From contig CP012986.1 of NCBI GenBank assembly GCA_001761425.1, positions 60,001 to 92,000 on the forward strand: a DNA stretch of 32,000 nucleotides, written 5' to 3'. The notes beneath the pieces are model-generated. The model was not told where the DNA came from, did no database searches, and was given only the letters and a program-made list of their open reading frames with translations. This document shows, piece after piece, positions 15,579-23,884 of the stretch. This DNA comes from Candidatus Saccharimonadota bacterium. Lineage in GTDB: Archaea; Nanohalarchaeota; Nanosalinia; Nanosalinales; Nanosalinaceae. Position 1 is the stretch's first letter, and each line of letters begins with the position of its first letter. Position numbers and translations under genes: made by a program.

Positions 15579-16879
15579 GGCCCGAAAAAGTTTTCAAACG
15601 CTATGACATAAGAGGAAGATTCGGAGACGAGATAGATAAAGAATTCGCCGAAATACTGGGCAAAGCACTCGGAACCTTCACAAAAAGAAACTACGGCAAC
15701 AGAGCAGTAGTCTCAAAAGATAACAAAGGAAGCTCCAACCTTCTGAAAGATCCTCTGATACAAGGCCTCCGCTCAACAGGCATAAAAGTTATAGATGTCG
15801 GTACAGGGCCTACAGATTACACTGCTTTCTGCGGGAAAGAACACGGCGCCGTTTCAGTCCAGATTACTTCTTCGCATATGCCACTGGACTTCAACGGCTT
15901 CAAACTGATGTATCCAGAAGGAAACGGCTTTGTAAACGAAGATATGGACAGAGTCAAAGATCTTTTTAGAGACAGAGACCTGGATTCAGGCGAAGGAGGC
16001 CTGAACGAAATGGAGGATACCATGAAGCAGAGGTACAGAGGCCGGATCAGGATCCACGGCTCAAAGCTCTGTACACAGACTGTAGACCGGACAGTAGCAG
16101 TCGATACCATGGGAGGAGCGACCTCAGGCCTTCTACCGGAGCTTCTGGAGCATATAGGGGCGGATGTGATTGATATCACTGAGGAGGACAGGCCTTACAG
16201 AGATCCTCCTGACCCGAAGCCCGAGCAGTTACAGGAGCTGAAAAAGCGTGTGGATGAGGGAGAAGCGGATCTAGGCCTTGCTACGGATATGGACGGCGAC
16301 AGGATCACAGCTTACACGAACAGGTTCCTGACCGGAGATGAAATCTTCGGAATCATGGCTCAGGCAGTAAACGATGACGTGGTTGCTTCCATCGATACTT
16401 CGGAGGCCCTGGAAGATCTTATGGATGACAGAGGTAAAGAAATCCATTATACCCGTGTCGGAGATCCCTTTGTCATGGATAAAGCTATTGAAGAAGACGT
16501 AGGCCTTGCAGGTGAGCCTAACGGGCATTACTCTGTACTTGATTTCGTGCCGTACAACTCCGGTATCCTGACCGCTCTAGTCCTCACCGGGACCGATATA
16601 GAGGAGGCACTGGACCGTATGCCGAAGTATCACGTGAAAAGGTTCAGTTTCGAGGTCGACAATAAAGAGAAAGCGATGAAAGAAATCAAGGCCTCCGTTG
16701 AGGAAAGTTACGATATTATTTCAGAGGTTGACGGTGTAAAGTTCGAGACCGAGCACTGTGATGTTGTTGTGAGGCCTTCCGGTTCCTCTCCGAAGGTCCG
16801 TGTGATGGCCGAGTCTGAGAGGCGTTCATGGCTGAACGATGAGCTACCTGAGATCAGGGAGAAGGTCCGGAAACCATAA
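15575..16879 (+). CDS. Phosphohexomutase (phosphoglucosamine / phosphomanno / phosphoglucomutase family)
   Basis: Active-site loop ITSSHMPLDFNGFK (T[AS]SHNP..yNG.K), metal loop GLATDMDGDR, sugar loop GEPNGH, and phosphate loop VVRPSGSSPKVRVMAE. ATGA overlap with the upstream HAD gene. Confidence 0.9.
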   Translation: MRPEKVFKRYDIRGRFGDEIDKEFAEILGKALGTFTKRNYGNRAVVSKDNKGSSNLLKDPLIQGLRSTGIKVIDVGTGPTDYTAFCGKEHGAVSVQITSSHMPLDFNGFKLMYPEGNGFVNEDMDRVKDLFRDRDLDSGEGGLNEMEDTMKQRYRGRIRIHGSKLCTQTVDRTVAVDTMGGATSGLLPELLEHIGADVIDITEEDRPYRDPPDPKPEQLQELKKRVDEGEADLGLATDMDGDRITAYTNRFLTGDEIFGIMAQAVNDDVVASIDTSEALEDLMDDRGKEIHYTRVGDPFVMDKAIEEDVGLAGEPNGHYSVLDFVPYNSGILTALVLTGTDIEEALDRMPKYHVKRFSFEVDNKEKAMKEIKASVEESYDIISEVDGVKFETEHCDVVVRPSGSSPKVRVMAESERRSWLNDELPEIREKVRKP

Positions 16880-16904
16880 AACCTCTGAGGCCTACATTTT
16901 TTGT

Positions 16905-17132
16905 ATGACAGAATCAGAAGACAGTATCCTGTTCGAATTTACTGAAGGCCCTCAAGACGTTTTGACTTTCCGTTTCAAGGAGAAAAACGGTAAAGCTGTG
17001 ATTGATATCAACGACGGTGATCTAGGCCGGCTTCCTATGGAAAATTTGCGTACGGTTGAAGAGCTGAGAGAAGGCCTTGACCGTGCTGAAGAATTTTTTA
17101 AGGAGCAGGAACGTCGTAAAGAAGAACTGTAG
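16905..17132 (+). CDS. Hypothetical small acidic protein (75 aa)
   Basis: I chose the internal ATG of track ORF 16839..17132 because the upstream 22 codons overlap the mutase gene. MTESEDSILFEF.. begins 26 nt after the mutase stop. Confidence 0.4.
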   Translation: MTESEDSILFEFTEGPQDVLTFRFKEKNGKAVIDINDGDLGRLPMENLRTVEELREGLDRAEEFFKEQERRKEEL

Positions 17133-17159
17133 AAAACAAAAAGAGAAAAATTAAATTGT

Positions 17160-17179
17160 GAGACGTTTTTATACGTCTC
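17160..17179. terminator. Stem-loop GAGACGT-ttttat-ACGTCTC between convergent genes
   Basis: Perfect 7-bp inverted repeat with a T/A-rich loop. It lies between the end of 16905..17132 (+) and overlaps the stop of 17169..17336 (-). Confidence 0.4.
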
Positions 17180-17336
17180 TTGCTTTTACTGTCTTTCGTC
17201 CGTTGTCCTGTGCTCTTTCTACGGCTCTTTCGACGAGATGTTTCACTTCGTCGTCCAGAGCATCGTAGAAGTCGCTTCCGACATTGACGCCATCAGCTGC
17301 GTCACGAACGCCAGACTTCTTTAGTACATCTACCAT
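17169..17336 (-). CDS. Small histone-fold-like protein (55 aa; DUF1931-like)
   Basis: Below the ORF-track size cutoff. My translation is MVDVLKKSGVRDAADGVNVGSDFYDALDDEVKHLVERAVERAQDNGRKTVKARDV. The ...A..N.RKT[VI]...D[VL] ending and the preceding long helix resemble histone-fold and DUF1931 proteins. A TATAAAAAA lies about 35 nt upstream (17369..17377). Confidence 0.55.
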   Translation of the reverse strand: MVDVLKKSGVRDAADGVNVGSDFYDALDDEVKHLVERAVERAQDNGRKTVKARDV

Positions 17337-17525
17337 GTTAATTCACCATTAATGGTTTGTAAAGGCTCTTTTTTATAGGCAGGGGGATTTAGGCCGGAAA
17401 AACATCTCATCAAGTTCTGATAAAGCAGATTTCAAAACGATTTTATCATCGAGTGATGAAAAACGTTCGGATCCAGGCGAACAGAGGCCTTACCTAAAAA
17501 ACTGTTTCCTATCCAATGTTCAGGT

Positions 17526-18152
17526 ATGGAGCTGGATTTCAAATCGATAAGAGCACTTTCATCACCGACAAGGCTGAAGATACTGAAAAGTATCCTGGAC
17601 AGCGATTCCACGACCACAAAGCTGAGCGATGAACTGGGAAAAAGCAAGTCCACAATCTCCTCTCACCTGAAAGACCTTAACGAAGCCGACTTAGTGGAGA
17701 AGGATGAGAAAGAAGGACGCAGAAGAGTTGTCTATAGGCCTACCAGGAAAGCAGAGGCCATAGTCAAAGGAAAGGAGAGAAAAGTCAAGTTTTCAGTCGC
17801 CTCCTCCGTCTTCTCCGCATTCATCGGAACATTCCTGATCTGGAAAGACCTGACCCGTGAAAAGGCCTCGACAGCTTTACAGACCGCTAAAGACACCGTC
17901 AGTCCCGAAGGCCCAGAAGGAATGGAGGCCTTCACCATGGAATCTGCAGGAAACGCGACCAGAGAAGCTGTAAACAACACGACACAGAACGTTGCGGATA
18001 CAGCACAGGCAGCAGGTATCGAACAGTTTTTCCTGTTCCTCGGCCTAGGCCTTCTGATGATCTCTGCCTCAACCCTGATCTACGGCCTGGCGATCAAACA
18101 CCTTGGTTCCAGAGCCGTTGAACAGGAAGGTAGAGAAGCCGAGGTTATGTAA
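17526..18152 (+). CDS. ArsR-type winged-helix transcriptional regulator fused to C-terminal transmembrane segments
   Basis: IRALSSPTRLKILKSILDSDSTTTKLSDELGKSKSTISSHLKDLNEADLVEK is a typical ArsR/SmtB HTH. Two hydrophobic segments follow (VASSVFSAFIGTFLIW, FFLFLGLGLLMISASTLIYGLAI). Confidence 0.75.
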   Translation: MELDFKSIRALSSPTRLKILKSILDSDSTTTKLSDELGKSKSTISSHLKDLNEADLVEKDEKEGRRRVVYRPTRKAEAIVKGKERKVKFSVASSVFSAFIGTFLIWKDLTREKASTALQTAKDTVSPEGPEGMEAFTMESAGNATREAVNNTTQNVADTAQAAGIEQFFLFLGLGLLMISASTLIYGLAIKHLGSRAVEQEGREAEVM

Positions 18153-18284
18153 GGCCTTTCACTGGGATAAGGTTTATACTGCTGACAGACTGATATTTAA
18201 CTGTTCGATAGGAATTATGTCTCAAACACCATTAGATCTCAAATGAGAAAAACACTGATTCTAGCCAATTTTCTGTGAACCGAA

Positions 18285-18743
18285 ATGTCATCATGTGAAC
18301 TATGTGGTCAAGACGCTGACTCTTTAACCAAGACCAAAATCGAAGGAGCCAAACTCAAGGTCTGCGATTCGTGCGCTGAAATGGGTGAAAAGGTGGAGAC
18401 ACCTTCGAAGAACATGAACAGGAAAAAGAAAAAACGTTCATCCCGGAGCACGAAAAGAGAGACCAAGACACTGACAAACAACTACGGATCCAAAGTAAAG
18501 GAAGCCAGAGAAGAAAAACAGCTCTCAATACAGGAACTAAGCGACGACCTCAACGAAAAAACATCCCTGCTGAAAAAAATCGAACAGGAGCAACTAAAGC
18601 CGGAAAAAAGCCTTGCTGAGAAACTGGAGAAAAAATTCGGTATCGAACTATACGTCAACCCGGAAGTAACAGATTACGACGACAGAGACGGCGGAGACGA
18701 CAGAAAAGCTACCCTCGGAGATGTAGCAGACGTCAAAGAATAA
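18285..18743 (+). CDS. mbf1: Archaeal multiprotein-bridging factor 1 (aMBF1): zinc ribbon plus XRE-type HTH
   Basis: The N-terminal CELCG..(15)..CDSC ribbon and the C-terminal GSKVKEAREEKQLSIQELSDDLNEKTSLLKKIEQEQLKPEKSLAEKLEKKFGIEL HTH give the aMBF1 domain order. Confidence 0.85.
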   Translation: MSSCELCGQDADSLTKTKIEGAKLKVCDSCAEMGEKVETPSKNMNRKKKKRSSRSTKRETKTLTNNYGSKVKEAREEKQLSIQELSDDLNEKTSLLKKIEQEQLKPEKSLAEKLEKKFGIELYVNPEVTDYDDRDGGDDRKATLGDVADVKE

Positions 18744-18754
18744 ATCCTCAAAAA

Positions 18755-18775
18755 AAGGCCCTCCTCAGAGGCCTT
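18755..18775. terminator. Stem-loop AAGGCC-ctcctcaga-GGCCTT between convergent mbf1 and DUF457 genes
   Basis: 6-bp inverted repeat flanked by an A-run and a T-run. Weak, inferred bidirectional terminator. Confidence 0.25.
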
Positions 18776-18790
18776 AAACCGGGTTTTTCC

Positions 18791-19261
18791 CTATTTTATC
18801 TTGAATTCTCTGTCCAGCATGAGATGTGATATCATTCCCAGGCCCACGGCAAGGCCTGGAACCGGAGAGGCATAGAGGTAGACGGATGCGATAACAGTTA
18901 GGGAAGTGACTGTACTGCAGAAGCTGAAACTATGGGTAAATCCTCTGTGGGTGATTCGCATACTCGATATAGAGGTATAGACCAGCAGAAAAGCTGCTGA
19001 CGAAAACACAAAGTTCACATGGATAGGGAAAGGTAACAGAACGAGTGAAAGAACCGCTGCTCCTACACTGGCCAAGGCCTTCGCCGCCCTGTGAACATAG
19101 GAGTTTTCATGATCTATATCAGGAAGTATGGAGCCAACCACAAGCATGGTAACGGATAAAATAAGTTCTAACGGCTGGAGAAAAAGGTAGCCTCGGAGCA
19201 GGAAGGAGACGATGGAAGCGGTCAGGAATCCGAACAGTATGTGTTCTTTGAAGTCTCCCAT
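18791..19261 (-). CDS. Membrane-bound metal-dependent hydrolase family protein (DUF457 / YdjM-like)
   Basis: Four to five hydrophobic helices carrying LPDIDHENSYVHR and HRGFTHS, the conserved His/Asp motifs of DUF457. Confidence 0.7.
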   Translation of the reverse strand: MGDFKEHILFGFLTASIVSFLLRGYLFLQPLELILSVTMLVVGSILPDIDHENSYVHRAAKALASVGAAVLSLVLLPFPIHVNFVFSSAAFLLVYTSISSMRITHRGFTHSFSFCSTVTSLTVIASVYLYASPVPGLAVGLGMISHLMLDREFKIK

Positions 19262-19270
19262 GTAAAGGCC

Positions 19271-20164
19271 TTAGAGCTGGGATGGCTTAAATTTTCCATT
19301 GCATACTGCGCGCAGGCCCTGGATTACAGATTTCTCTCCGAGGTCGCACAGTTCTATCTGTGGAGGGCTGTTGACTGATTCTTCTTTTACCTCTTTTTTC
19401 AGAGGTTCAAGTATCATTTCTGTATGGTTCAGGGGTACTGCCCCGCCAAAGACTATTTTCTCCGGGTTAAAGACGTTTGCTATATTGGTTACGCCTATAG
19501 CGTTGGCTTCATGCATCTTCGAGATCACTTTCTCCGCTGTAGAGTCATAGCTTTTGTAGGATTTGAAGATCTCCAGTGCATCGTCGTATTCTGCGCTGAA
19601 AAGCTCTTCTGCCATCTCTGGAAGATTTTCTCCAGACGAGTAGGCCTCCCAGTGAGCTGTCCCTCCGCATCCGCATTCAGGGCCTTCCTCGTTTATCTTC
19701 ATGTGACCTACTTCACCAAAGTTTCCGTTCCAGGCCTCAATAACCCTGCCTTCAAGTATGACTCCTGCTCCGATCCCTGAGCTTATAGTCACGTAGACTA
19801 GGTTTTCCGCGTCGTGATCTCCGTAGTGGTATTCGCCGAGAACTGCTGCAGTACCGTCATTGAGTATCGTTATCTTTCCAAAGTCCCTGAAGGCCTCTCC
19901 AAGATCTACTTTTTCAAGGCCTGATCTGGAGAAGTTTGGAGGCCTGAAAGTTTTTTCCTCCCTGTCTATAGGTCCTGCTGCGGCGACGGCAACTTTCTCC
20001 AGCTGTTCTCTGCTGTAATCTGTATCTTTCAGTGCTTCATCGACTTTTCCGTCGACATCTTTCAGAAATTTCTCTGTACCGTATTTTTCTATCACCTGGA
20101 AATCGCCGTTTCCTATGCCCAGGAGCGTGTTCGTGCCTCCTATATCGACGCAGAGAAAAACCAT
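19271..20164 (-). CDS. ROK-family sugar kinase (glucokinase-like)
   Basis: I place the start at the internal ATG (20164..20162), which gives MVFLCVDIGGTNTLLG (ATP motif DIGGT). The ROK zinc motif GHMKINEEGPECGCGGTAHWEAYSSG and the GGAV motif are present. The track's 87-codon N-terminal extension is non-acidic and overlaps the divergent PHP gene. Confidence 0.85.
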   Translation of the reverse strand: MVFLCVDIGGTNTLLGIGNGDFQVIEKYGTEKFLKDVDGKVDEALKDTDYSREQLEKVAVAAAGPIDREEKTFRPPNFSRSGLEKVDLGEAFRDFGKITILNDGTAAVLGEYHYGDHDAENLVYVTISSGIGAGVILEGRVIEAWNGNFGEVGHMKINEEGPECGCGGTAHWEAYSSGENLPEMAEELFSAEYDDALEIFKSYKSYDSTAEKVISKMHEANAIGVTNIANVFNPEKIVFGGAVPLNHTEMILEPLKKEVKEESVNSPPQIELCDLGEKSVIQGLRAVCNGKFKPSQL

Positions 20165-20185
20165 AATACCTTGTATTACCGCCGG

Positions 20186-20192
20186 TTTAAAT
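20186..20192 (+). promoter_or_regulatory. Candidate TATA box for the PHP-domain gene
   Basis: TTTAAAT lies 25-31 nt upstream of the ATG at 20217, in the 52-bp divergent spacer. Confidence 0.35.
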
Positions 20193-20216
20193 CTCTGACT
20201 AAAAAACTGTAAAGAC

Positions 20217-21086
20217 ATGAAAGAGGGAAAAGCCGACCTACACATGCACACGAATGCCAGCGACGGCACAGACACGCTTGAGGAACGCATAGAGGACGCA
20301 AAAAGAAAAGGCCTCGACGCAATCGCAGTAACAGACCATGATAAAGTAAACGAAGGCCTTGAACAGAGAAGTTTTACAGCAGAAAACGGTGTAGAAGTTA
20401 TAACCGGTGCAGAGATCAAATGCAAGGTGAAAGGACGGAAGATAGAGATCCTGGGCTACTTCATAGATCCAGAAGACGAAAAGATGAAGGAAATGTTCCA
20501 GGAACTGTCCAGAAGAAGAGAAAAACGCATGGAAAAGTTTGTAGAAAATCTGAACCAGGTTCACGGCCTAGGCCTTGAACTAGAAGATGTTGTGGAAAGA
20601 GCTGACGGCAACGTGGGAAGGCCTCACCTCGCCAGAGAACTGAAAGAAAGAGAAATCGTCGGTTCGACTCAGGAGGCCTTTGACAGGTTTATCGGCTCCG
20701 AACAGGATGAATACGTCCCTGTGGAAAAAATTGAGGCTGGAAAAGTGATTGAGACAGTTCATGAAAACGGAGGTGTTACAAGTCTCGCTCATCCTGGCAG
20801 AAGCCTGGGAGAAGATGAAGTCAGGGAGATAATCCATGACCTGACTGGGAAAGGCCTTGATGCGCTCGAAGTAGATTACACCTACAGGGAGAGGAGAGGC
20901 CTTAACTCGTACAGGGTTAATTTCGGGGTGGAAAAGGCCTCGGAACTGGCGGATAGATTTGATCTTCTGAGGACGGGTGGAAGCGACTGTCATGGTTCAC
21001 GGTCGGACAAGTATTTCCTCGGGGAGGTAAGTATACCGTACAGCCGTGTTGAAACTCTGCGGGATGCAGCGAGTTTCTCACGGTGA
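20217..21086 (+). CDS. PHP-domain metal-dependent phosphoesterase (TrpH/YciV-like)
   Basis: The ADLHMHTNASDGT, AIAVTDHD, LAHPGR and GGSDCHG motifs are the four PHP metal-ligand blocks. Confidence 0.85.
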   Translation: MKEGKADLHMHTNASDGTDTLEERIEDAKRKGLDAIAVTDHDKVNEGLEQRSFTAENGVEVITGAEIKCKVKGRKIEILGYFIDPEDEKMKEMFQELSRRREKRMEKFVENLNQVHGLGLELEDVVERADGNVGRPHLARELKEREIVGSTQEAFDRFIGSEQDEYVPVEKIEAGKVIETVHENGGVTSLAHPGRSLGEDEVREIIHDLTGKGLDALEVDYTYRERRGLNSYRVNFGVEKASELADRFDLLRTGGSDCHGSRSDKYFLGEVSIPYSRVETLRDAASFSR

Positions 21087-21143
21087 AGAGTAATAATTTA
21101 AGGCGGTGAGGAGATCATTTTACTGTTAGGGAGATAGCACCGG

Positions 21144-22109
21144 ATGAACGAGTTTCTGATTTTTAAGGTCCTTGAACTTTCTGTAGCTCTCGGCATTCTC
21201 TATAGCACATACAGGATCAGTGAGTCCACAAACTCCGGTGCCTGGGAGAAGATTTCTCTCGTAGCAGTGGTTTTGTCGGTGAAATCTGTTGCGGAGATCT
21301 TTCTCTTCGCCCGAAGTTTCACCTTGGGAAGTATAGAAGGAGTTTTTATGCCGTCTGTGGCCTTGCTTCTTTCTGGTGCGGGGCTCTCATTTATGGATAG
21401 CTACGGCGATCTTGGCAGGTTCAAGGCCCTGGGCTTTCTTGGCACGTCTGCAGCGGTAGTAAGTGCTGTCGTTGCTGCTTCGCTCTATGTTCCGAGATCT
21501 ATGGTGCATGCTGTCTATTATATGGCTACTCCGGTACTTTTGATCCCTGCAGTATATTCCTTTTACCTGATGCAGGACAGAGGTGAGAGGGCTGTTTTCA
21601 TGTCTATGCTGGCCGGCACAGGACTTATTTTCGTCGGCTCGATGATGAACATCTACCTGGCCTCAGTATGCAAATGTTCGCCCATATACGGGTTCTCCCT
21701 GCCGATAGGCCTGCCTTCCTCGGAGATACTTGAGGCAACAGCAGTTTCGGCACCTGTACTACAGATGACTGGGATACTGTTCCTGGGCTTTGCAGTTTAC
21801 CTGTTTCACCACGGAGTCTTCAGAGATGTAAGCCTGAACCGTCAGGAGTCCGACACCTCAAGAGAACTGGTATCAGAAACAATCCAGAACCTTGGCGCCA
21901 TAGTTGGAGAACCTGTCGTGGAAAGAATGACACTCCAGGCCCTGAACGATGATATGGAGAAAAACGCTGAAGACCCTGAAAAAGCAGCAGAAGGCGAAGA
22001 CCTTGAAAAAGTAAAAGAAACTCTCAAAGAATCTCTTGGAAAAACTATCGGGCCTGTAGCGGAGAGAAAAATCGATGAGATATACGAAGAGGAAAAAGGT
22101 GAAGACTAG
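21144..22109 (+). CDS. Polytopic membrane protein with acidic C-terminal tail, function unknown
   Basis: About 7 hydrophobic helices followed by a roughly 90-aa highly acidic soluble tail. I recognise no family. Confidence 0.55.
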   Translation: MNEFLIFKVLELSVALGILYSTYRISESTNSGAWEKISLVAVVLSVKSVAEIFLFARSFTLGSIEGVFMPSVALLLSGAGLSFMDSYGDLGRFKALGFLGTSAAVVSAVVAASLYVPRSMVHAVYYMATPVLLIPAVYSFYLMQDRGERAVFMSMLAGTGLIFVGSMMNIYLASVCKCSPIYGFSLPIGLPSSEILEATAVSAPVLQMTGILFLGFAVYLFHHGVFRDVSLNRQESDTSRELVSETIQNLGAIVGEPVVERMTLQALNDDMEKNAEDPEKAAEGEDLEKVKETLKESLGKTIGPVAERKIDEIYEEEKGED

Positions 22110-22229
22110 ATGGCAGCAACATGCTCAAGATGTAATATCAAGAACGAAGGCCTCTGTATCCACGAAAAAACAATCCTTCTTTCGATCATAATGACAGGCC
22201 TGATCTCCCTGATAATATGGACCTTTTAG
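22110..22229 (+). CDS. Possible 39-aa Cys-containing single-pass membrane peptide
   Basis: My translation is MAATCSRCNIKNEGLCIHEKTILLSIIMTGLISLIIWTF. Its ATG directly abuts the upstream stop (TAGATG). It is below the ORF-track cutoff and has no homology support. Confidence 0.25.
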   Translation: MAATCSRCNIKNEGLCIHEKTILLSIIMTGLISLIIWTF

Positions 22230-22601
22230 TCAGACGGCCAGAAGCAGGTAAGTCCATCCTGTGAACAGCAGTGTCAGTATTAGGGCTGCAGAATTCTGTC
22301 TAAGAGATTTCCTGATGTCTGCGGACCTGTTTTCCTCATCGCTGGTCTTCTCGAGGCCTTCCTCGCCGTAGTGAAATCCTATGGCTCCAAATGTTCCGCA
22401 AAAGCTCTGTTCTTCCTGTATAAAGTTGTAGAAACCGAAGTAAAGCAGAAATGATCCTAGCACGATACCTCTCAGAGATAGCAGGGCCTCGGAGTAAACC
22501 GCCAGTAGTAGCAGGAAGCCTGAAAATCCTATAACCGATCCTATTTCTCTGCCTAGACGGCCTCCAGCATCAATGTTTCTCTCACCTGGAATGTACTCCA
22601 T
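22230..22601 (-). CDS. Small membrane protein (123 aa), possibly DUF2892/YgaP-TM-like
   Basis: ERNIDAGGRLGREIGSVIGFSGFLLLLAV loosely resembles the N.g..dR..R...G motif of DUF2892. It has three hydrophobic segments, and a TTTTAAAA lies about 22 nt upstream. Confidence 0.45.
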   Translation of the reverse strand: MEYIPGERNIDAGGRLGREIGSVIGFSGFLLLLAVYSEALLSLRGIVLGSFLLYFGFYNFIQEEQSFCGTFGAIGFHYGEEGLEKTSDEENRSADIRKSLRQNSAALILTLLFTGWTYLLLAV

Positions 22602-22705
22602 AATAGTGAGTTCGAGGCTCTTTTAAAATAGGTTACGACTCCTCAGAAAAGGATTAGTGACATCTGACCTGTACATTCAAGTTAACCTGAAGACTATATA
22701 CACGT

Positions 22706-22939
22706 ATGGATAAGCATCACGTTGAGAGATTCCTGGAGTTTCTTACTATCGGTGTTTTGATGGGTGTTATCGAGGATCTGATAGCTGTGAAGCTTGCGAC
22801 AGGTGAGACTATCGATCTCCGTATGATCGGTGTTGTTCTCCTGGTTGCGATACCTTTCGCGGCTTTCTCGGAGCTTATCGTGGATCACGATGACTTCCGG
22901 TTCCCTGAAAAGATTGCGAACAGGATAAGCAGCGATTAG
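22706..22939 (+). CDS. Small membrane protein (77 aa), function unknown
   Basis: I prefer this over the antisense 22694..22954 ORF. It has two hydrophobic helices and acidic loops, and it precedes the GT2 gene by 21 nt; that gene has a GGAGGAG Shine-Dalgarno. Confidence 0.4.
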   Translation: MDKHHVERFLEFLTIGVLMGVIEDLIAVKLATGETIDLRMIGVVLLVAIPFAAFSELIVDHDDFRFPEKIANRISSD

Positions 22940-22960
22940 ATAGGAGGAGATCACTGGAAA

Positions 22961-23884
22961 ATGAGTGAAAAAGGATCGTACCCGGCGACCAGTATAATCC
23001 TTCCTACAAGAACAGAGACCTCTGTAGTAGAAGAAGTGAAAGATCAGATGTCGGAGAACGATGAACTGATCGTGGTCTGCGACTCTGAAGACGACAGCAT
23101 CGCACAGTCCGGTTTCGACTCAAAGGTAAATCTGGTCGTAGCCGGCGAACCTGAAAACTGTTCAGGCAAGGCGAACGCCATATACCACGGCATGAAGGCC
23201 TCGAAAAACAACAGGGTCGTATGGACGGACGACGACTTCAGACATCCTGATGACTGGCTAGAGCAGATGCACAGAGACTGCGACAGATACGGAGGGGTAT
23301 CGGAACTACCTTTCTTCATAGGAAATAATCCTCTGACCATGCTTAACGAACCGATCTACGCCTTCACCATGTTCATGGCCTACCTGAACAATCAGGCCTG
23401 GGGCGGATCAGTCATGTTCGACAGAGACGGCTTCAACGAGGAAAAATTCATGGAAGAACTCCAGGAAACCGTCGGCGATGACGTACTGCTCTCCGAACAC
23501 CTCGAATCAAAGACAGTGATGAGAACACACCGCGTCGAGATCGATGAAAAAATCAGAGACTCGCTCGAACGCATCACAAGATTTGTCAAACACGTAAGAT
23601 ACCACGAACCCCTCCAGACAGGCCTGCTGACCATAGCATCCTTCTTCATCGCAGCCACAGCTATCACCTATCCAATCCCATCGATCCTTGCCTCCACAGC
23701 TTTCTTCATCGCACTCTACAACTTCATGGACAACAGGACAAGGCCTTCATTCCTACTCGGCTATACAGCAGTTATAATACTTCCTTTCTTCCTGTTATAC
23801 GGCCTCGCAAGAAGAACTTTTGTCTGGCAGGGCAGAAGATACAGATACAACAGCAAACTAGATGTGGACATCCTGGAGAAGTAA
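22961..23884 (+). CDS. Family-2/21-like glycosyltransferase with C-terminal transmembrane helices
   Basis: It shows a GT-A pattern: SIILPTR, LIVVCDSEDD, GKANAIYHGMKAS, VVWTDDDF (DxD-like). Three hydrophobic helices follow. Confidence 0.7.
   Translation: MSEKGSYPATSIILPTRTETSVVEEVKDQMSENDELIVVCDSEDDSIAQSGFDSKVNLVVAGEPENCSGKANAIYHGMKASKNNRVVWTDDDFRHPDDWLEQMHRDCDRYGGVSELPFFIGNNPLTMLNEPIYAFTMFMAYLNNQAWGGSVMFDRDGFNEEKFMEELQETVGDDVLLSEHLESKTVMRTHRVEIDEKIRDSLERITRFVKHVRYHEPLQTGLLTIASFFIAATAITYPIPSILASTAFFIALYNFMDNRTRPSFLLGYTAVIILPFFLLYGLARRTFVWQGRRYRYNSKLDVDILEK

Noticed and set aside
16839-16904. N-terminal 22 codons of track ORF 16839..17132.
   Set aside because: They overlap the end of the phosphohexomutase gene and are basic (RSGRRSGNHK). 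The internal ATG at 16905 gives an acidic protein starting after the upstream stop.
20165-20425. 87-codon N-terminal extension of the ROK kinase ORF.
   Set aside because: It crosses the divergent promoter and overlaps the PHP gene on the other strand. It is Ser/Phe/Pro-rich, and the ROK DIGGT ATP motif begins right after the internal ATG at 20164.
22694-22954. 86-aa ORF (-).
   Set aside because: It is antisense to the 77-aa membrane-protein ORF, which is co-directional and closely spaced with the GT2 gene. The choice is not certain.
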